64,000 bases of DNA from Vicugna vicugna (taxonomy: Eukaryota). A program made the translations under genes and the position numbers. Within the stretch, counting starts at the first letter, position 1. Every line of letters begins with the position of its first letter. The notes under the pieces were generated by a model that did no database searches, was not told the origin of the DNA, and was given only the letters and a program-made list of their open reading frames with translations. Of this stretch, positions 14,063 through 27,072 are shown piece by piece. The stretch spans positions 73,599 to 137,598 of the forward strand of contig MU057666.1 in NCBI GenBank assembly GCA_013265495.1, read 5' to 3'.

Positions 14063-14616
14063 AATGGGCAGAAGACCTAAAAAAGCAATTCTCCAATGAA
14101 GACATACAAATGGCCAATATGCACATAAAAAATGCTCACTATTATTAATTATCAGAGAAACACAAATCAAAACTATAATGAGGTATCACCTCAGACTAAT
14201 CAGAATGGAGTGGAATATTACTTAGTCATAAAAAAGAATGAAATAATTCCATTCGCAGCAAGATGGATGGACATGGAGATCATCTTTCTAAGTGAAATAA
14301 GCCAGAAAGAGAAAGAAAAATGCCATATGATATCACTTATGTGGAACTTTTTTAAAAGGACAAATGAACTTACCTACAAAATAGAAGCAGACTCACAGAC
14401 ATAGAGAATAAAATTCTGGTTACCAGGGGTTAAGGTGGGAAGGGATATATTGGGAACTTGAAAATTGCACCTCCTGGGGTGCTATCTTCACTGTGTTAGT
14501 GGTTTCATTGGTGTACACATCTATCAAAATTCATCAACACGTACATCTGAAATATATGTAGTTTACTCTGCAGAAAGCATATCACAATAAACGTGTTTTA
14601 AAAAAAGAAAAAAGAA
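14062..14616 (+). mobile_element. Plus-strand chimeric L1 pieces (ORF2 end; jump at 14208; jump to an older L1M 3' end at about 14469)
   Basis: 14062-14208 parallels about 61157-61303 of the in-window L1, and 14209-14469 parallels about 61620-61889. It then switches to a different, older L1 3'UTR ending aataaa plus an A-tail. Confidence 0.75.
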
Positions 14617-16929
14617 TAGCACAATCATCCTACCCCTGTCAGCTTGTGGAGCATTAAATTGATCCACTCAAGGGTCAAAGTCTCCCTGAATTCCATATCC
14701 TGCCATCTTTCAGTTGTACACATCATTTCACATCTTAAAATATTGCTTGCAAATCTGTACATATCTGTCTGGAAGTGTGTCACTTACAGCTCTACTTTGG
14801 TCTTAATTTTAACATGTGTAGGTGCAGATTTAGCAAACAACCCTACTCCTGGGCTCTTTTTGCTGCCCCTTCCACTGACTTGACCTCCCTCTTGGGCACT
14901 GAGGGCATTTCATGTTGTTTTCAACAGGGAGACAGGAACCAGGTGCCTGGCTGGGACCTATCTTTCTGCTTCTCACCCATCGGAATAATTTTAATTTAGG
15001 GTTTTTTTGTTTTGTTTTTTTGTTTTTGTTTTTGTTTTTGTTTTAGTACAGTGCATGACTGAGTTTAGTTTTTGGCCAGATCTCCTTCCTTTGCTTTCTG
15101 TAGGCAAGTATGTTCTAGTTGTATATTTTTGGTCAAAATTAAATGTGTGATTTTTACTTTTTACTGTATATTAAATACTTCCTATTGAATTCATTTTTGT
15201 TTAATTTCCCTATTTTGTAACAAAATTTCTGTGTTCTTTTTCCTCTAGAACATTGGAAACTATTTTTAAAAGATCAGGGAAGTCCTTTAAAGTGATTAAA
15301 CTTTTGATTCCTCAAGAAGCTATTTTTGTTACTAGAAATTCTTAAGTTTCTATATTCCAAAATTTTCGTTGTTAGTTCGTTGATCCTGTTAAACATCTTC
15401 TTAAGACTATGTAGCATACATTTTCCAAAAGTTACTTGTATTTATTGAAATAAAAGGCATTCAAATTGTGCTACCAATTTGTGCATGCTATGTTGAGGTT
15501 ACTATATATCCTGCAGAATATTTTCAAATGTACTTTGTTTATTCCTTTATTTTGTGATCCTTTGTATCCTTGTTTTCAGTTCTTCTGTTTGCCTAAAATT
15601 AGTGTGGGTGGGTTTTATTTTTCCCTCTCATTATTTACTTAAAAAGTGTTAAAATCTTCTTACTAGAGCTTGAGTTGGAGAGCTCAATGAAGGAAGGCAA
15701 TATTAAAAGCCCAGAAATTCAGAAGGATGTGGAGGTGGAAAAAGAACCTAGGCAGCAGGCATCCAAACCCAGCTCTTCCTCTCTGCCTGGTTTCTCTGGG
15801 TTTGTGGAGCCTGTGGTTTCAGGAGCCCATCCTCTACATCTGTCTTCCACTGCCAAGCTGCCTCCCTTCAGTTTTTGGTGGCTGTGACTGGGGAGTGTTC
15901 TCAGTGAGTTGGGGAGTCATCATCATTAGGAATGTGTTTTCTGACGAACAATCACCAACACCAGGGAAAACATCCCCAAAGTTTATTGACTTCATGTTTC
16001 TGCAACTGGGGAACCCTTCCAGGCTCTGCCCCATCTCCAAATGCGGCCCTGATGGCGACCCAGCTCTTCTAAAAGAGTAGAACCTCCCTTCTGCTTTCTC
16101 CTTATTTCTGCAGCCCTCATGCCTAAAATAAAGATGCAGTGTCTTTCTTAAGAAATCTGGGCAACCACTTATACACTCTGGAGTTTTAGCAAAGTGTTGA
16201 CTTGATATGTAGGTAAAATTTTACTTTGTTCAATTTGAACTGCTATTTGTTGCACATGTTTCTAAAGCCCTTCAGTCAACTGGTTATCTAAGAGGAGCAT
16301 GTGGCTTATTTTTCATTAATGGTAAATCCATTATTAGCAGATTTACCTCTGATTCTTAGACAGGCCTGAAACTGACCTGGTGAGCCCTGCATGGATTAAA
16401 CTGGATGGGAAACTGCTTAGTGGAGAAGCTGAGCTAGACTGAGAGTTAGGAAGGGGAATCCGGCCCTGTGGGCACGTCACTTAGTCACTGTGACCCTCAG
16501 TGTCCTCCTTGAGGATGGGAACAACACCATCTGTGCTGCCCTTCAGCACAGGGTTTTGTGAGGAATGAATGAGATGCTGTATGAGAGACAAGGTACCTGG
16601 AAGAGCCAAGCTCTCTACAAGCACAGGCTTGTCTGCTCATCCTCCCCGAAGTGGGGGGAGCAGAAGTTTGCTTCTCAGAGATTTTGCTCCTTTGAATAAG
16701 AGAAAAGTGTTTCAGCTAAAAGAGAAAGAAGTAGGCAGTCTGCTTCTCCTTTTCCATTCATTCATTCATCATTTATCATTCATTCATTCAACACAACAAT
16801 CAACAAGACCGCTTCCTCCCTTCATGAAGTTTATGTTTTAGTAGCAGAGATGGGCGATACAGAAGAACAAAAGCAAGATCAGCGATGAGCATCATTAAGA
16901 AGAATGGGAAAAAGGCCCATCCCAAAAGG

Positions 16930-17370
16930 GAGGTTGCTGTTCAATGGGCACAAAGTTTCATAAGTTCTAGACCTCTGCCCTACCACATAGAGACTGTAGT
17001 TAACAATACTGTATTGTGCACTTGAAACATGTGTTAAAAGGGTAGATCTCTAAATATAGAATCACTAGATATAGACCTGAAACTAATATACTAATATAAA
17101 AGTCAGCTATACTTCAATAAATAGAAATAAAATTTTATTTAGGAAAAAATAGATAAAAAGGGTAGATTTCATGTTAAGTGTTCTTATCACAAAAAAGAGG
17201 GGCATTGACACTTCCTGGGGTGATAGATATGTTTATTACCTTGATTATGGTGATGGTTTCACAGGTGTATGAATATGTCCAAACTCATCAAATTATGTAC
17301 ATTAAATGAGTACAGTGTTTTTCTCGGAATATCAATTAATACCTCAACAAAGCTGTCAAAAAAAGAAAAA
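16930..17370 (+). mobile_element. Old L1M 3' end interrupted by a 105-bp 5'-truncated L1 tail
   Basis: Insert 17051-17155 is flanked by AAAAGGGTAGATCTC (17036-17050) and AAAAGGGTAGATTTC (17156-17170). Confidence 0.75.
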
Positions 17371-17674
17371 GAGAAGTGGGAGAAAAAAACTCAGAAAAGG
17401 ACCAGGTGGAAGAGGCACAATAGCTGCTATTTTAGATAATATGTTCAGAAAAAGAACCATTTTCATTTATTATGGAGAATTAAAATCTTAATAAGCTACT
17501 TGGTAACAAGATTGTGTTTAAAATTTCTAAAAAGACCTTCACACAACTTTTTCTTTTCTCATTTTCTAACAGCTTTTTGAGGCACACAGTCTATATATGA
17601 TCTGGATTTGAGAAGTAATCACAAGGAATTTGAGACCCAACCGGACAAAATTTCAAAATACTGACAGCACATAC

Positions 17675-17823
17675 TCATTTCTTGTCTGGTGCTGCTCACA
17701 CCTAAGCCATATGTCTCTAACACATCCTTTACTGCTCTGATGGATTCATCGCACTTGGCTGCCAGGCCAAGGAAGTTATGGGAAGCCATGTTGATGACAT
17801 CTTTGATGATTCTTCCAGTAAAC
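17675..17823 (-). pseudogene. SPTLC3: SPTLC3 exon 4 (149 nt)
   Basis: Acceptor tctctgcag. Reads (R)FTGRIIKDVINMASHNFLGLAAKCDESIRAVKDVLETYGLGVSSTRQEM. Donor A|gtatgt. Confidence 0.92.
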
Positions 17824-18455
17824 CTGCAGAGATTAGGGCCAGGGAACATAAGGCGCTTTCTCACATGATGTCATCCCAGTGCCCATAAAAGACTCTCACA
17901 AAGAGATCTTAGGTTTGGCCCAAGTCACATGTTTACTTTGTCTTAGATTTTGATTTACATTGTTGTCACCACAAACTGTTTTGCCCTTAAAAGAGAGTAA
18001 GCCCATCATGAAGCTGGGCAGAGAATCGGGAAAAAGTATCCAGGTCATGGAGTATTACTTGGCCCTGATCTCCCTTGGGTGCTTGCTTGCATGACATCTG
18101 CACTCTGGTTTAAATTGCAGCAAGAAATGGTCATCGTGGTCATCACAGTTTCCTGCAGCAAGAAGGAGGAGGGTATATTTGTCAATAAAGCTGAAAAGAA
18201 CTCTTCCCAGCTGGCTCTGTGTACCCTGCACCCTCTGACACAGATCTCTCATTGCAATACAAACAAGCCTCCCTTGGCCACGTAATTACTGTGACTTCCC
18301 CCACTGGCCTCAGGAGGGCTTGTAAAGGGCTGAATGATGGAAGATCTGCTGTTCCATGCCTTGTTTTTTTTTTCAGATCTGTAATCTGGTGCTCATGCTA
18401 GAATTTCTTTGAAAGGATTTATTTTCAACAAATCCCCTCCAGGTGGCTGCCTCAC

Positions 18456-18608
18456 CTAAACATCCTGCTGTAGTCATCTGAAACCCTCTCCATCACATCG
18501 AACAGAATTCCAGGCACTGCAGATGGGCCTGTTCCAGTTGTCTCTGACTCTCATGTAAAGTTTCCACATATAAACATTTTCAAAGTTTTGATACAGTGGC
18601 ACAAAATC
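18456..18608 (-). pseudogene. SPTLC3: SPTLC3 exon 3 (153 nt, 2-nt deletion, premature TGA)
   Basis: Acceptor ctgttacaatag. Reads [32 protein letters not shown], then [12 protein letters not shown] (TGA at 18476-18474). The homologous [18 protein letters not shown] continues in another frame. Donor TAG|gtgagg. Confidence 0.92.
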
Positions 18609-21600
18609 CTATTGTAACAGAGGCAGAAGTTTACCTTTGGTCCCTCACTTTTTGTTGCTTATTTTCAATTGAAGGCTAACAGACCTGGAGAAGCTATGAA
18701 AATATTTCATCTGAAAATATTCTGAGCAAGGATCTATGGGGAAGGGGACAGGTGAAGTCCACAAATACCTCTGTGAGGTCTTCACCCTGAAGTGAAAAAC
18801 ATGACAAACAAGGATCACAAAGATGACAGCACCATACAAGTCCCCAAATGAGGGCAGGAGACAAGGAGCCCCTGTCAGTGACACCAGAAGTATAACAGGA
18901 GGTGTTTATGTCTAGAGCAATTTACTTGGAAAAAATTGATTGAATGATAATTCGGTCTTAACCCTGTTGACCACGAGTCTCCCCACTCATTATGTTTTTA
19001 GACATGGGGATGAACTTGAACTGTTGGGTCTGCTGGCATCACTGTTGGCAGGTGACTGATGGCCCAGAATCCAAGTTGCAGAGCTTATGGAGACACCTGG
19101 CTTCTCTCACATCACAGAATTGTTTTGCTGTACAAAGGCTCATCCATGTCCAAGGGATTTGCTGTCCAGCTGAGGCTCAGAGCAAGACACATCTGATTTT
19201 GGCAGTCAACCGCTAATAGTACAAGGCAGAGAATGCAAAATCTTGGCCAAAGCGAAGTACTTGGGGGTGTTTGTTAAGATTTAATCCAGGGGAGGAGGCA
19301 CATTTTGCTGGAGGAATCAAGGTTGCTTTCTGTAGGAGGGGCCTTGGAGATGGGGCCTGAAGGTGGAATGAGGTTTCCGTGGGCAGGGATGCTTGGAGAG
19401 GGCATTCGGAGTGAATGGGTCTTTTTGATGGAAATGTGGGGTGTATTTGAGAAGAATGAGTAGAATAAAATACAAGGTGGAGCCTGTCATTCTTTGACTA
19501 GAGCCTATAATGGCTCCCAACTCACTTGGAGCTAAAGCCAAGGTTCATCTGGTCTGGTCCCTGCTTCCTCTCTCATTCCCCTACTATTCCCTGTGATATG
19601 GATGGGCCTGCAATGTCAGCCGGGCACAGAGAATGGGAGGTGTACGTGTCCACAGGGGAAACTTGGGCATTATCCTGGAGGCCGCAGGGAGCCAATGAAT
19701 AATTGGGAGTGAGCTTCCCATCCTCCCTCCCATCTTCTCTGAGTTCTGTGCTTCCTTCCCCTTAGAAAAGGGAGCTGATTTACTGAAGGAACAAAGAAGA
19801 CCCTGGGGAAAGCTTTATGGAAGACCTTCTTATGCTACTGGTCTGGCCCGCTCATCTTCTAAGCTGGTCCAGCCCAGAAGGAAAAGATAGAATATGATTT
19901 TTAGTGACAATGGCATCATATTTGGAGGAATACTGTGATTATCTGTAAGAAAGACTGCTCATAACCACACACTGGGGGCTATCTACTGCATGTGAATTTG
20001 AAGGGTGGTTAAGCAACTCAACTGGTTACACTTGTAACTTGAATATCTCATACCAAATGCATTTTCTCTCAAACAGCTAAATATCGCAGCATTATGACAA
20101 TCAATTATTCCCTTTTATGCTAACAGGAGAACGGATATATTTTTGAGATAAAAAGAAATTATGTAATTCTAGGAAAATATTTTCCAATTTCCTCTTTGAT
20201 GTAATAACATTTTCCCCAGACTTTTTACTAATTGGTGGATTACTCTATATCTCCAAACTTTGTTTGCGTCCTTCTATTTTTAATTTTTAATTTCTTACTT
20301 GAAATGGCATCACATAAACTCACCCTGTCAAGAGGAAAGAGAGATGTAAGTCTGTAAGTAATATTTCTGGACTCTTGAGTGGAAATAGAGTTTTAGATTT
20401 TATGGGGAATCTTGCTCAAAATACAGTTAACAGTTGGTTTAGATATATGTAAGGGGTCATGAGTTTAACTCCCACAGGCCTTTTCTGTAATAACTGAGCA
20501 TGTGCCTCAATAAAACAATGAAATAACTGTGGAGGACGACAGATGCCAGAGAAAATAGTGAGTGAAGAAACTGATCAAATATGATTTGGCTCTAGCAGGT
20601 CTACATATGTAGTATAAGGAAACAGAAACTAAAATTTATAAATAAATGACAACCAGGAGAATGAGTATGTGGGAGGAAGAAAGTGAAACTTTATGAAATT
20701 CTTCTCCTGGTCAGGGGAAGACTTTAGTTTCTAAATGATATTAGCTAAATTCCAAATATATTTGTTAAATTTTCATGAGAGTCATTGAAAAAAAATAGTA
20801 GAGGATATATTATATATAACTTCCTAACAGGACAAGGGGGAAAAAATGCAGAACAAAGAAAACTCAATCAAATGTACCAAAAATATGAAAAGAGAAATAG
20901 TTAAAATTAAAAATAAGCAACAGAAAATGTGAATGTAAAATATACAGATGGCAGAAATAAGTTTAAACAATGAATAATTAAAATATTAGCTTTAGCCATA
21001 TGGATTGTCAATGTTTGACTGTTTTTGACCTATAAAAACAGCAAATTCATATGGTTCAAGTAATTGTTCATAGACAATATTATTAAAACACAGAAGCTTC
21101 CACACTGGTTATAAAAATAAATCTATACGCTTCTCGTAAGAGGCATATATTTGCACGAAAGGATTTTGGCCAGACATGTCCTGCGAACTGACTTTGGTTT
21201 AAAAAAATCACGTTGGCTGCTAGTTGAGAAGAGATTGAATGTAACCAAGTAGTATGATCACCCACTAGCTGCTGGCTAGTACGTTCAGTTCCTAGGGAAA
21301 CCCCAGGGAAAACTCTCTCATTTGGACCCACCCAGATCCAAACAGGAAAGCCAATGCTTGGGCCATCTGTTTGCGCTGGACAAAACCATACCTCATACCC
21401 AGTTATGGACCCCATGCTTCAAATTACTCAGAAAATGTTCCTCTGGGAAAATCCTGCTGTTGCTTCAGCTACCAAGTGTGGGTGCAAAAGAGCAAGTTTT
21501 AATTCATGCAAGTATTTGGAGGTTTGTCTTCAAATTTTCTACAGTTACAACTTTCTAAACCCCCTTTGCTTCATGTGAGAGTAACAATCTCTGGAGATGG

Positions 21601-23140
21601 GCCAGAAATTTACTTGTAGGGACACTGAGACTATTTGGAACTAATGTGAACATGGAATTGCAACTGCAATGTTTTACACCAGGCTGGTGCCATGTGTCCT
21701 GGGTTGTACTGAACCTGCTATCAAACCGTAGAGACTAAGAAACATGGCTGCACTTGAAGTTTATAAAATCCCTGATGATGCTTGACATTCCTTTGACTAT
21801 ATTTGCTGACCTCCTCTTAATTCTGAAGAATTAAGCAAAGTTGGGCCATTATATCACTGAGAAAGTAACTTATCTAGACGTCTTTAATAAAGTGCAATTC
21901 AACTCTAGAGTTGCTTTGAAGGGTTAAAGGGAAAATTAAAGCAAAATATTTAATGTTGTATCTGTCTGTGTTGTCCTTTCCCTCGTTAGTATCCTCTGGT
22001 TACCTCTGAAGTCTGTGGAGGCAGCAGGGGCTCTGGGATGCATGCTCTCTGTGCTCTGCTTAGTGCTCTCCTGGAGGGAGACTTTGGTTTGTCTATTCTT
22101 TTTACTTAGCATTACTGGTTAACTCAGTAAAAACTGAGTGAATCAGATATCAAGTAATTCAGATAAAGAGGATTATCAAGGCTTTCATGTTTTGGAATCA
22201 GTTTCCAGATGTTTGGGCTAGAGATCAAAGAGTAGAAATAGGAAAAATAGATTCTAAATTTGAGCAACATTTTACTTGAATGGCTGGTTTGGTATGAGAG
22301 GAGTCATCACAATGAGAGAGACAAGAAGGAAAGTGGATTCATAAATTCTTCTATTTGATTAAGAAAAAGAACTGAGGAGACAGACATCACAATGACCTTG
22401 ACTGTAGTAACCTTTTCGTTGCATATGTGTATTTTGAAACATCCTATTGTACACACTAAATCTATACAACTTTATGAAAAACAATTTGAAAATGAAAAGA
22501 ATGAGCGTAAATGAGTGTCATAGGACATGAGAGCATCCAGTGACGGTCTTTGTAAAACACCCGTGAGCTCCTCTCCACCAGCCCTTCCTGGAGGCGCTCT
22601 CTATCCTGGTGTCATGTTGCTCAGGGCTGGTTTGTCTGATGGGAAAATCTATTCTGCATGCCCAGTGTCCAGATTTTAGACTAAAATAACACTCATTTCT
22701 GCTACAAAAAACCAGGGATCGTTGTAAAGCAGCACATTCCATGTTTCAAGAAAGAGACTTCAAGATACGCCTAAGATAGCTTGTTAACATAGAGCAAGAA
22801 GTCCAGCCTGGGGGCAGCATTACAAGGAGAAGCCCACTCTGAAGACAAGTTTCGCCAAAAAGAACACATGATTGCAGCCATGGCTGATTGTTAGACCCTG
22901 TTACTCCGAATGGTTCTCAATCTCTAAAGCAGCTCAAAAGGGAAGAACACATCATAACAAGTGTGTTATACAGAAGATGTATTTACCAAGGCAAGACAAT
23001 TGATTGATGCTCTCTACCTCACAGAGATCAAACAGGATGGAAATTGTTCATTTTGTAAAGAACTATGAGACACAGGTCTATTTAATGCATTGCCTTCTTC
23101 CTGGGAAGTGGTTCAACAGCTCTTGAGGTAATAGTGACAG

Positions 23141-23536
23141 GTGTTGCGTACAGACAGCTGTGCACTGTGTACGTCCATCATTTAGGACTCAAGCACCTCA
23201 CCCCCAGATGCGGGGAGTGTGGAGCCTGACAGCTCACTGCAGGGAACTGCCGGGCTCAAGATCACATCCCTCTCTGGTGGCAGCCCCATCTAGCATCATG
23301 GAAGGCTCCACCTCTTCCTTTAACTAAGAATGCTTCTGAAAGGCCCTCTCATCACCAGAGAGCCCTGTGGGATCCCCTGGGGCTTCCGCTGGGACTGTGT
23401 CACAATTCACCTGCCTCATCTTGCCCCTTTCATTCTTTATGGGTGTCTAAGTGTAGATTCCAGGAGCACACCCATTCACCTCTCAGCCCTCAGCCTTCCA
23501 TCTCAGAGCCTGTTTCCTGACAACCAGCTTGCCACA
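23141..23536 (+). mobile_element. LTR16-like ERVL solo LTR
   Basis: cccccagatgcggggagtgttgg..tgacagctcac..ccatctcagagcctgtttcc. Confidence 0.5.
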
Positions 23537-23551
23537 TGTATGTTTACAGTA

Positions 23552-23554
<3 letters not shown>

Positions 23555-23583
<29 letters not shown>
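23555..23583 (+). repeat. (AC)14 microsatellite
   Basis: Read directly. Confidence 0.97.
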
Positions 23584-23585
<2 letters not shown>

Positions 23586-24089
23586 CACTCTGCTTGAAAT
23601 GTAAGAAACATTTTAGAAAAACCAAAATGACAAGCCCTGCTGGGCTGATAGAGCAAAAATATTGCAATATATTGGAAAATAGATGGCAGCTATAAAGCCT
23701 GTTCCTGCCAAGGATGCTACGTCTGAGAAATGTACATTTGACTTACCTTGTGCTCCAGTAAGTATTCTAGAATGTGCTGATTTATTGTGCACCAGTTACT
23801 TATGCCTGGGGAGCAGACAGACTGGTGATGAGAGCTTCTAGAACACACCAGCTAGTGGCAGGGAGGGGCTGTGGAGATCCTTATGAAAATGGCCAAAAGG
23901 AACTTACTTTCTCATCCCAATTCTCCAGTTTCACTATCAGCTCTGCTAGGATCTGGGAAACCTGCATTCTTCTCTGGAAGTGCGCTGGGCTGTCTCCAGC
24001 TTGCTTTAACAATTTCAGTCCTTTATCATTAAAGAACCTTCATATTCTCAAAACTACCTGTGGCTATCTTTCTGCCAAATACAGGCTGT

Positions 24090-25490
24090 GGCTGTGCCAC
24101 AACCATTCTTTCTTGTGTCTGACCCAAGTAGAAATTTTGGATTGTCCTGGTCTCCTCCCACTGTCTTATTTCTCATACAGTCCAGCACCAAAACTTTTTG
24201 ATTCTACCTCCAATGTATCTAATTAGTTCCCTTTCCTTCATTCCATCTCCCTCTTCCCCATCTCAAGCACAAATTCTCTCTTCCTAGACAATTATAAGGC
24301 TTTTTATCATCACTTTGCTTTCAGTCTTGAATTGAAATTCCATCTCTAACATTCATTAAATTCTCTAAAGTTCTTTGTTCTCTTCTCACCCTTTATCTTT
24401 TTCCTTCTATGAAACTTCCCTGGGAAATCTCATTGGCTTCTGTGGCCTTGATTACTGTTAACATGCTCAGATATGCATAAGGTACCGCAGTGTCCATCTC
24501 TGGGCATCTCTAGATTTTTCTCTGAAAGTCTAGACTTCTATATCCAGCTGCCAATTCTTTAAACTCAACTCGTGAAAAACTAAATAGACCATTTTTCCCC
24601 TCCAACTGACCCTTCCTTCTCTATTCCCCATCTCAACAAATGAAACCACCTTCTTTCTACCCAGTTGTTTAAGTCATAAACCTAGTGGGGTCTTTGATTT
24701 GTACATCTCCCTAATTCCCCAAGTCAAATCAATCATCCCTAATCCATCTCTTAAACATCTCTTGGCTTGGTCTATTATTACCATCCCTATTATCACTACC
24801 GTGTGCGCAGGTTTGTTTGTTTGTTTGTTTGTTTGTTTTTAAACTGGGATTTCTGCTTCAGCCTCATCGCTAGTTTTCTGGTCCCTATGTTGTCCTCCTG
24901 TAATCCATCTTTCATAGGGCAGGGAACGTGATCTTTCTAATCTGCAAATCTACACTCCTCTGCCTGAAATCCTTCAATGCCTTCCCTTTGTTCTTGTAAT
25001 AAAGGACCATGGCTTATAAAAACCCATTGTAGTGTGGTTCTTGCTTGCCTCTCAAACAATCTTTCTCCCCACACCCTCCCACCCTCGCTCGCAACATTCT
25101 GGTTATTAGAATTCCTTGGTTCCTTAAGTGGACAATGCTTTCTCTTACTTCTTGGCTCTTTTGCACCATATTTCCTCTCCCTAATAACGCCTTCCATCAC
25201 GTCTTGCCTCACCCTTTATCTTACTACTTACTCTTCAGCATTTAGATGTCAATTTAACTTCCTCTTCCTCCCAGAAGCCTTCACTGAACACCAAGTTCAG
25301 GTTAAATGTTTCTCTTCTTTGCTACCTTGATGTCATCTACTTACCTCTATGTTATCTCTTATCAAATTCTGTTGCAATTGCTTTTTTTATAGTTAACTTT
25401 ATGAAGGTAAGAACCATATCTCCTTAGTTATTCTTATATCTCCAGACTGTAGCACAGTGTCTTGCACAAAATACATGCTCAAAACAAATC
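24090..25490 (+). mobile_element. L2 LINE 3' region (degenerate)
   Basis: Pyrimidine-rich L2 hallmarks (ccccatctca..aatg..accacc..ccagttg; ccttcaatgccttccc; gcacagtgtcttgcaca..atgctcaa). Confidence 0.6.
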
Positions 25491-26235
25491 TGACTTGACT
25501 CTTCAAGAGTGTCTTTTTTGCACCTTTGCTTACTCAGCAGACTCCTGCTCACATTAAAGTCTCAGCATCATGCCTTTCTGACTTCCTAAAGGAATCACAG
25601 GGCACAGATCCTTTTTTCCCATATCACCTTCCCTTTCATCATCACTTTTATCATTTGTGTTGCTCAAGAGTCTGTTTTTACACAGCAGGCTTCAAATTCT
25701 CTGATGAAGGACTTCTCGTTTCTTCTCTATTAGCACCCCTTACTTGGTGTAGAGCATGTGCTCAAATACCAGCTAAAGGTAGGAGAGAGTGAAATGATAA
25801 AACTGGGCCTGATTTCCTTGTGAAGGCGATGTGCTTGACCTAAGCTAATTTTCAAAATAAGTGTTCTGCATGATTTGTTCATGGTTGTGTTACTTTATGC
25901 AGGAGTTTATCTTCCTGCAGGTACTAGTCACTAAGTTACAGGATTTGAGGTTCTCTCATTACATGGAAGTCCATGTCTCACCTATGTTCTTTGCTTGGAT
26001 GTGCTCACGGCTCCATCACGTGGGATAATCCATGCCCATAGTCATATATTCCAAAGCAATTTTTGGGAAAAAGAGATTCATGTCATCATAAATCATATGA
26101 ACCAATTTTGGAAAACATGTTAATAGGACACAGGCTCTTCCCAGGTCTCTGAGTAGTTTCCAGATTGTCCTGTTAGCTCTGTGTGAAAAAGAGATGAATA
26201 GGCTTTTATAAGTTAACTACTGAAAGGATCTAGAT

Positions 26236-26468
26236 CAGTGGTTCTAAACTGAGGGTGATTTTGCACTCCATGAGACATTTGGCAATGTCTGGAGGCGTTT
26301 TGATTATTATTTGATTATTTTGATTATAAGTAAGTGGCAGAGCGCTAATTGCATCTAGTGGGTCGAGGTCAAGAATGCTGTTAAAAATCCTGCAGTGCAC
26401 AGGGCAGCCCCCACTTCAAAGAATTAGCCAGTTTAAAATGTCAATAGTGCGAAAGTTGAGAAACTCTG
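26236..26468 (+). mobile_element. MER20 hAT-Charlie element with 8-bp TSD
   Basis: cagtggttct..gacatttggcaatgtctgga..catctagtgggtcgagg..aaaatgtcaatagtgc..gttgagaaactctg; flanks ATCTAGAT (26228-26235) and ATGTAGAT (26469-26476). Confidence 0.85.
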
Positions 26469-26889
26469 ATGTAGATGAAATTACAATCTCACATTTCATT
26501 CAAACCTACTTTTCTATTCCAGGAACATAATACTCAACCTACAACCAGAAGATCTGAGCACTGATGTGCCCTTTTTTATATTTCCACTTTTCATCTTTAA
26601 AATGGTATTATAATATATATCTCATGAGGTTATTATAAAAAATAAATATAATAATGTACAAGAAAACCCTTAGTTCAATCTGGCCAATAGTAGTTGCTCA
26701 ATACATACTTGTGAAAAACAAGTCCATGAATACACAAGGGATATTTAGAGGGTTCTAGAGGGTACAGAGTAATAAAATTTACTAAATATTTCCTAAGTGT
26801 GTCACTCTTTTTAGGATGTGAACATGCTCACCACTGTGAGAACACTTTCAAAAACCACAGGCATTGACAGAGATCCAGGGAGGTGCTAC

Positions 26890-27072
26890 CTTTGGTTCTT
26901 CTCGCTCTACAGCTGCTTTGCATTTTTCTATACCATAGTTTCTCAAAAAATCTCTGAGATCGCTAAACAGTGTTCTAATTCCATATCCCATGTAAGTTAA
27001 AACCACAGCATAAATAAGTACTTCTTCAAAGGATTCAACTGTTGGCTTATAGAAATTGGAATTTCCATTTTG
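26890..27072 (-). pseudogene. SPTLC3: SPTLC3 exon 2 (183 nt)
   Basis: Acceptor tttcttttgtctttccag. Phase-0 translation QNGNSNFYKPTVESFEEVLIYAVVLTYMGYGIRTLFSDLRDFLRNYGIEKCKAAVEREEPK. Donor AAG|gtagca. Confidence 0.92.

Noticed and set aside
21172..21181. p53/p63 half-site AGACATGTCC
   Set aside because: Only one decamer with no adjacent second half-site; expected by chance.
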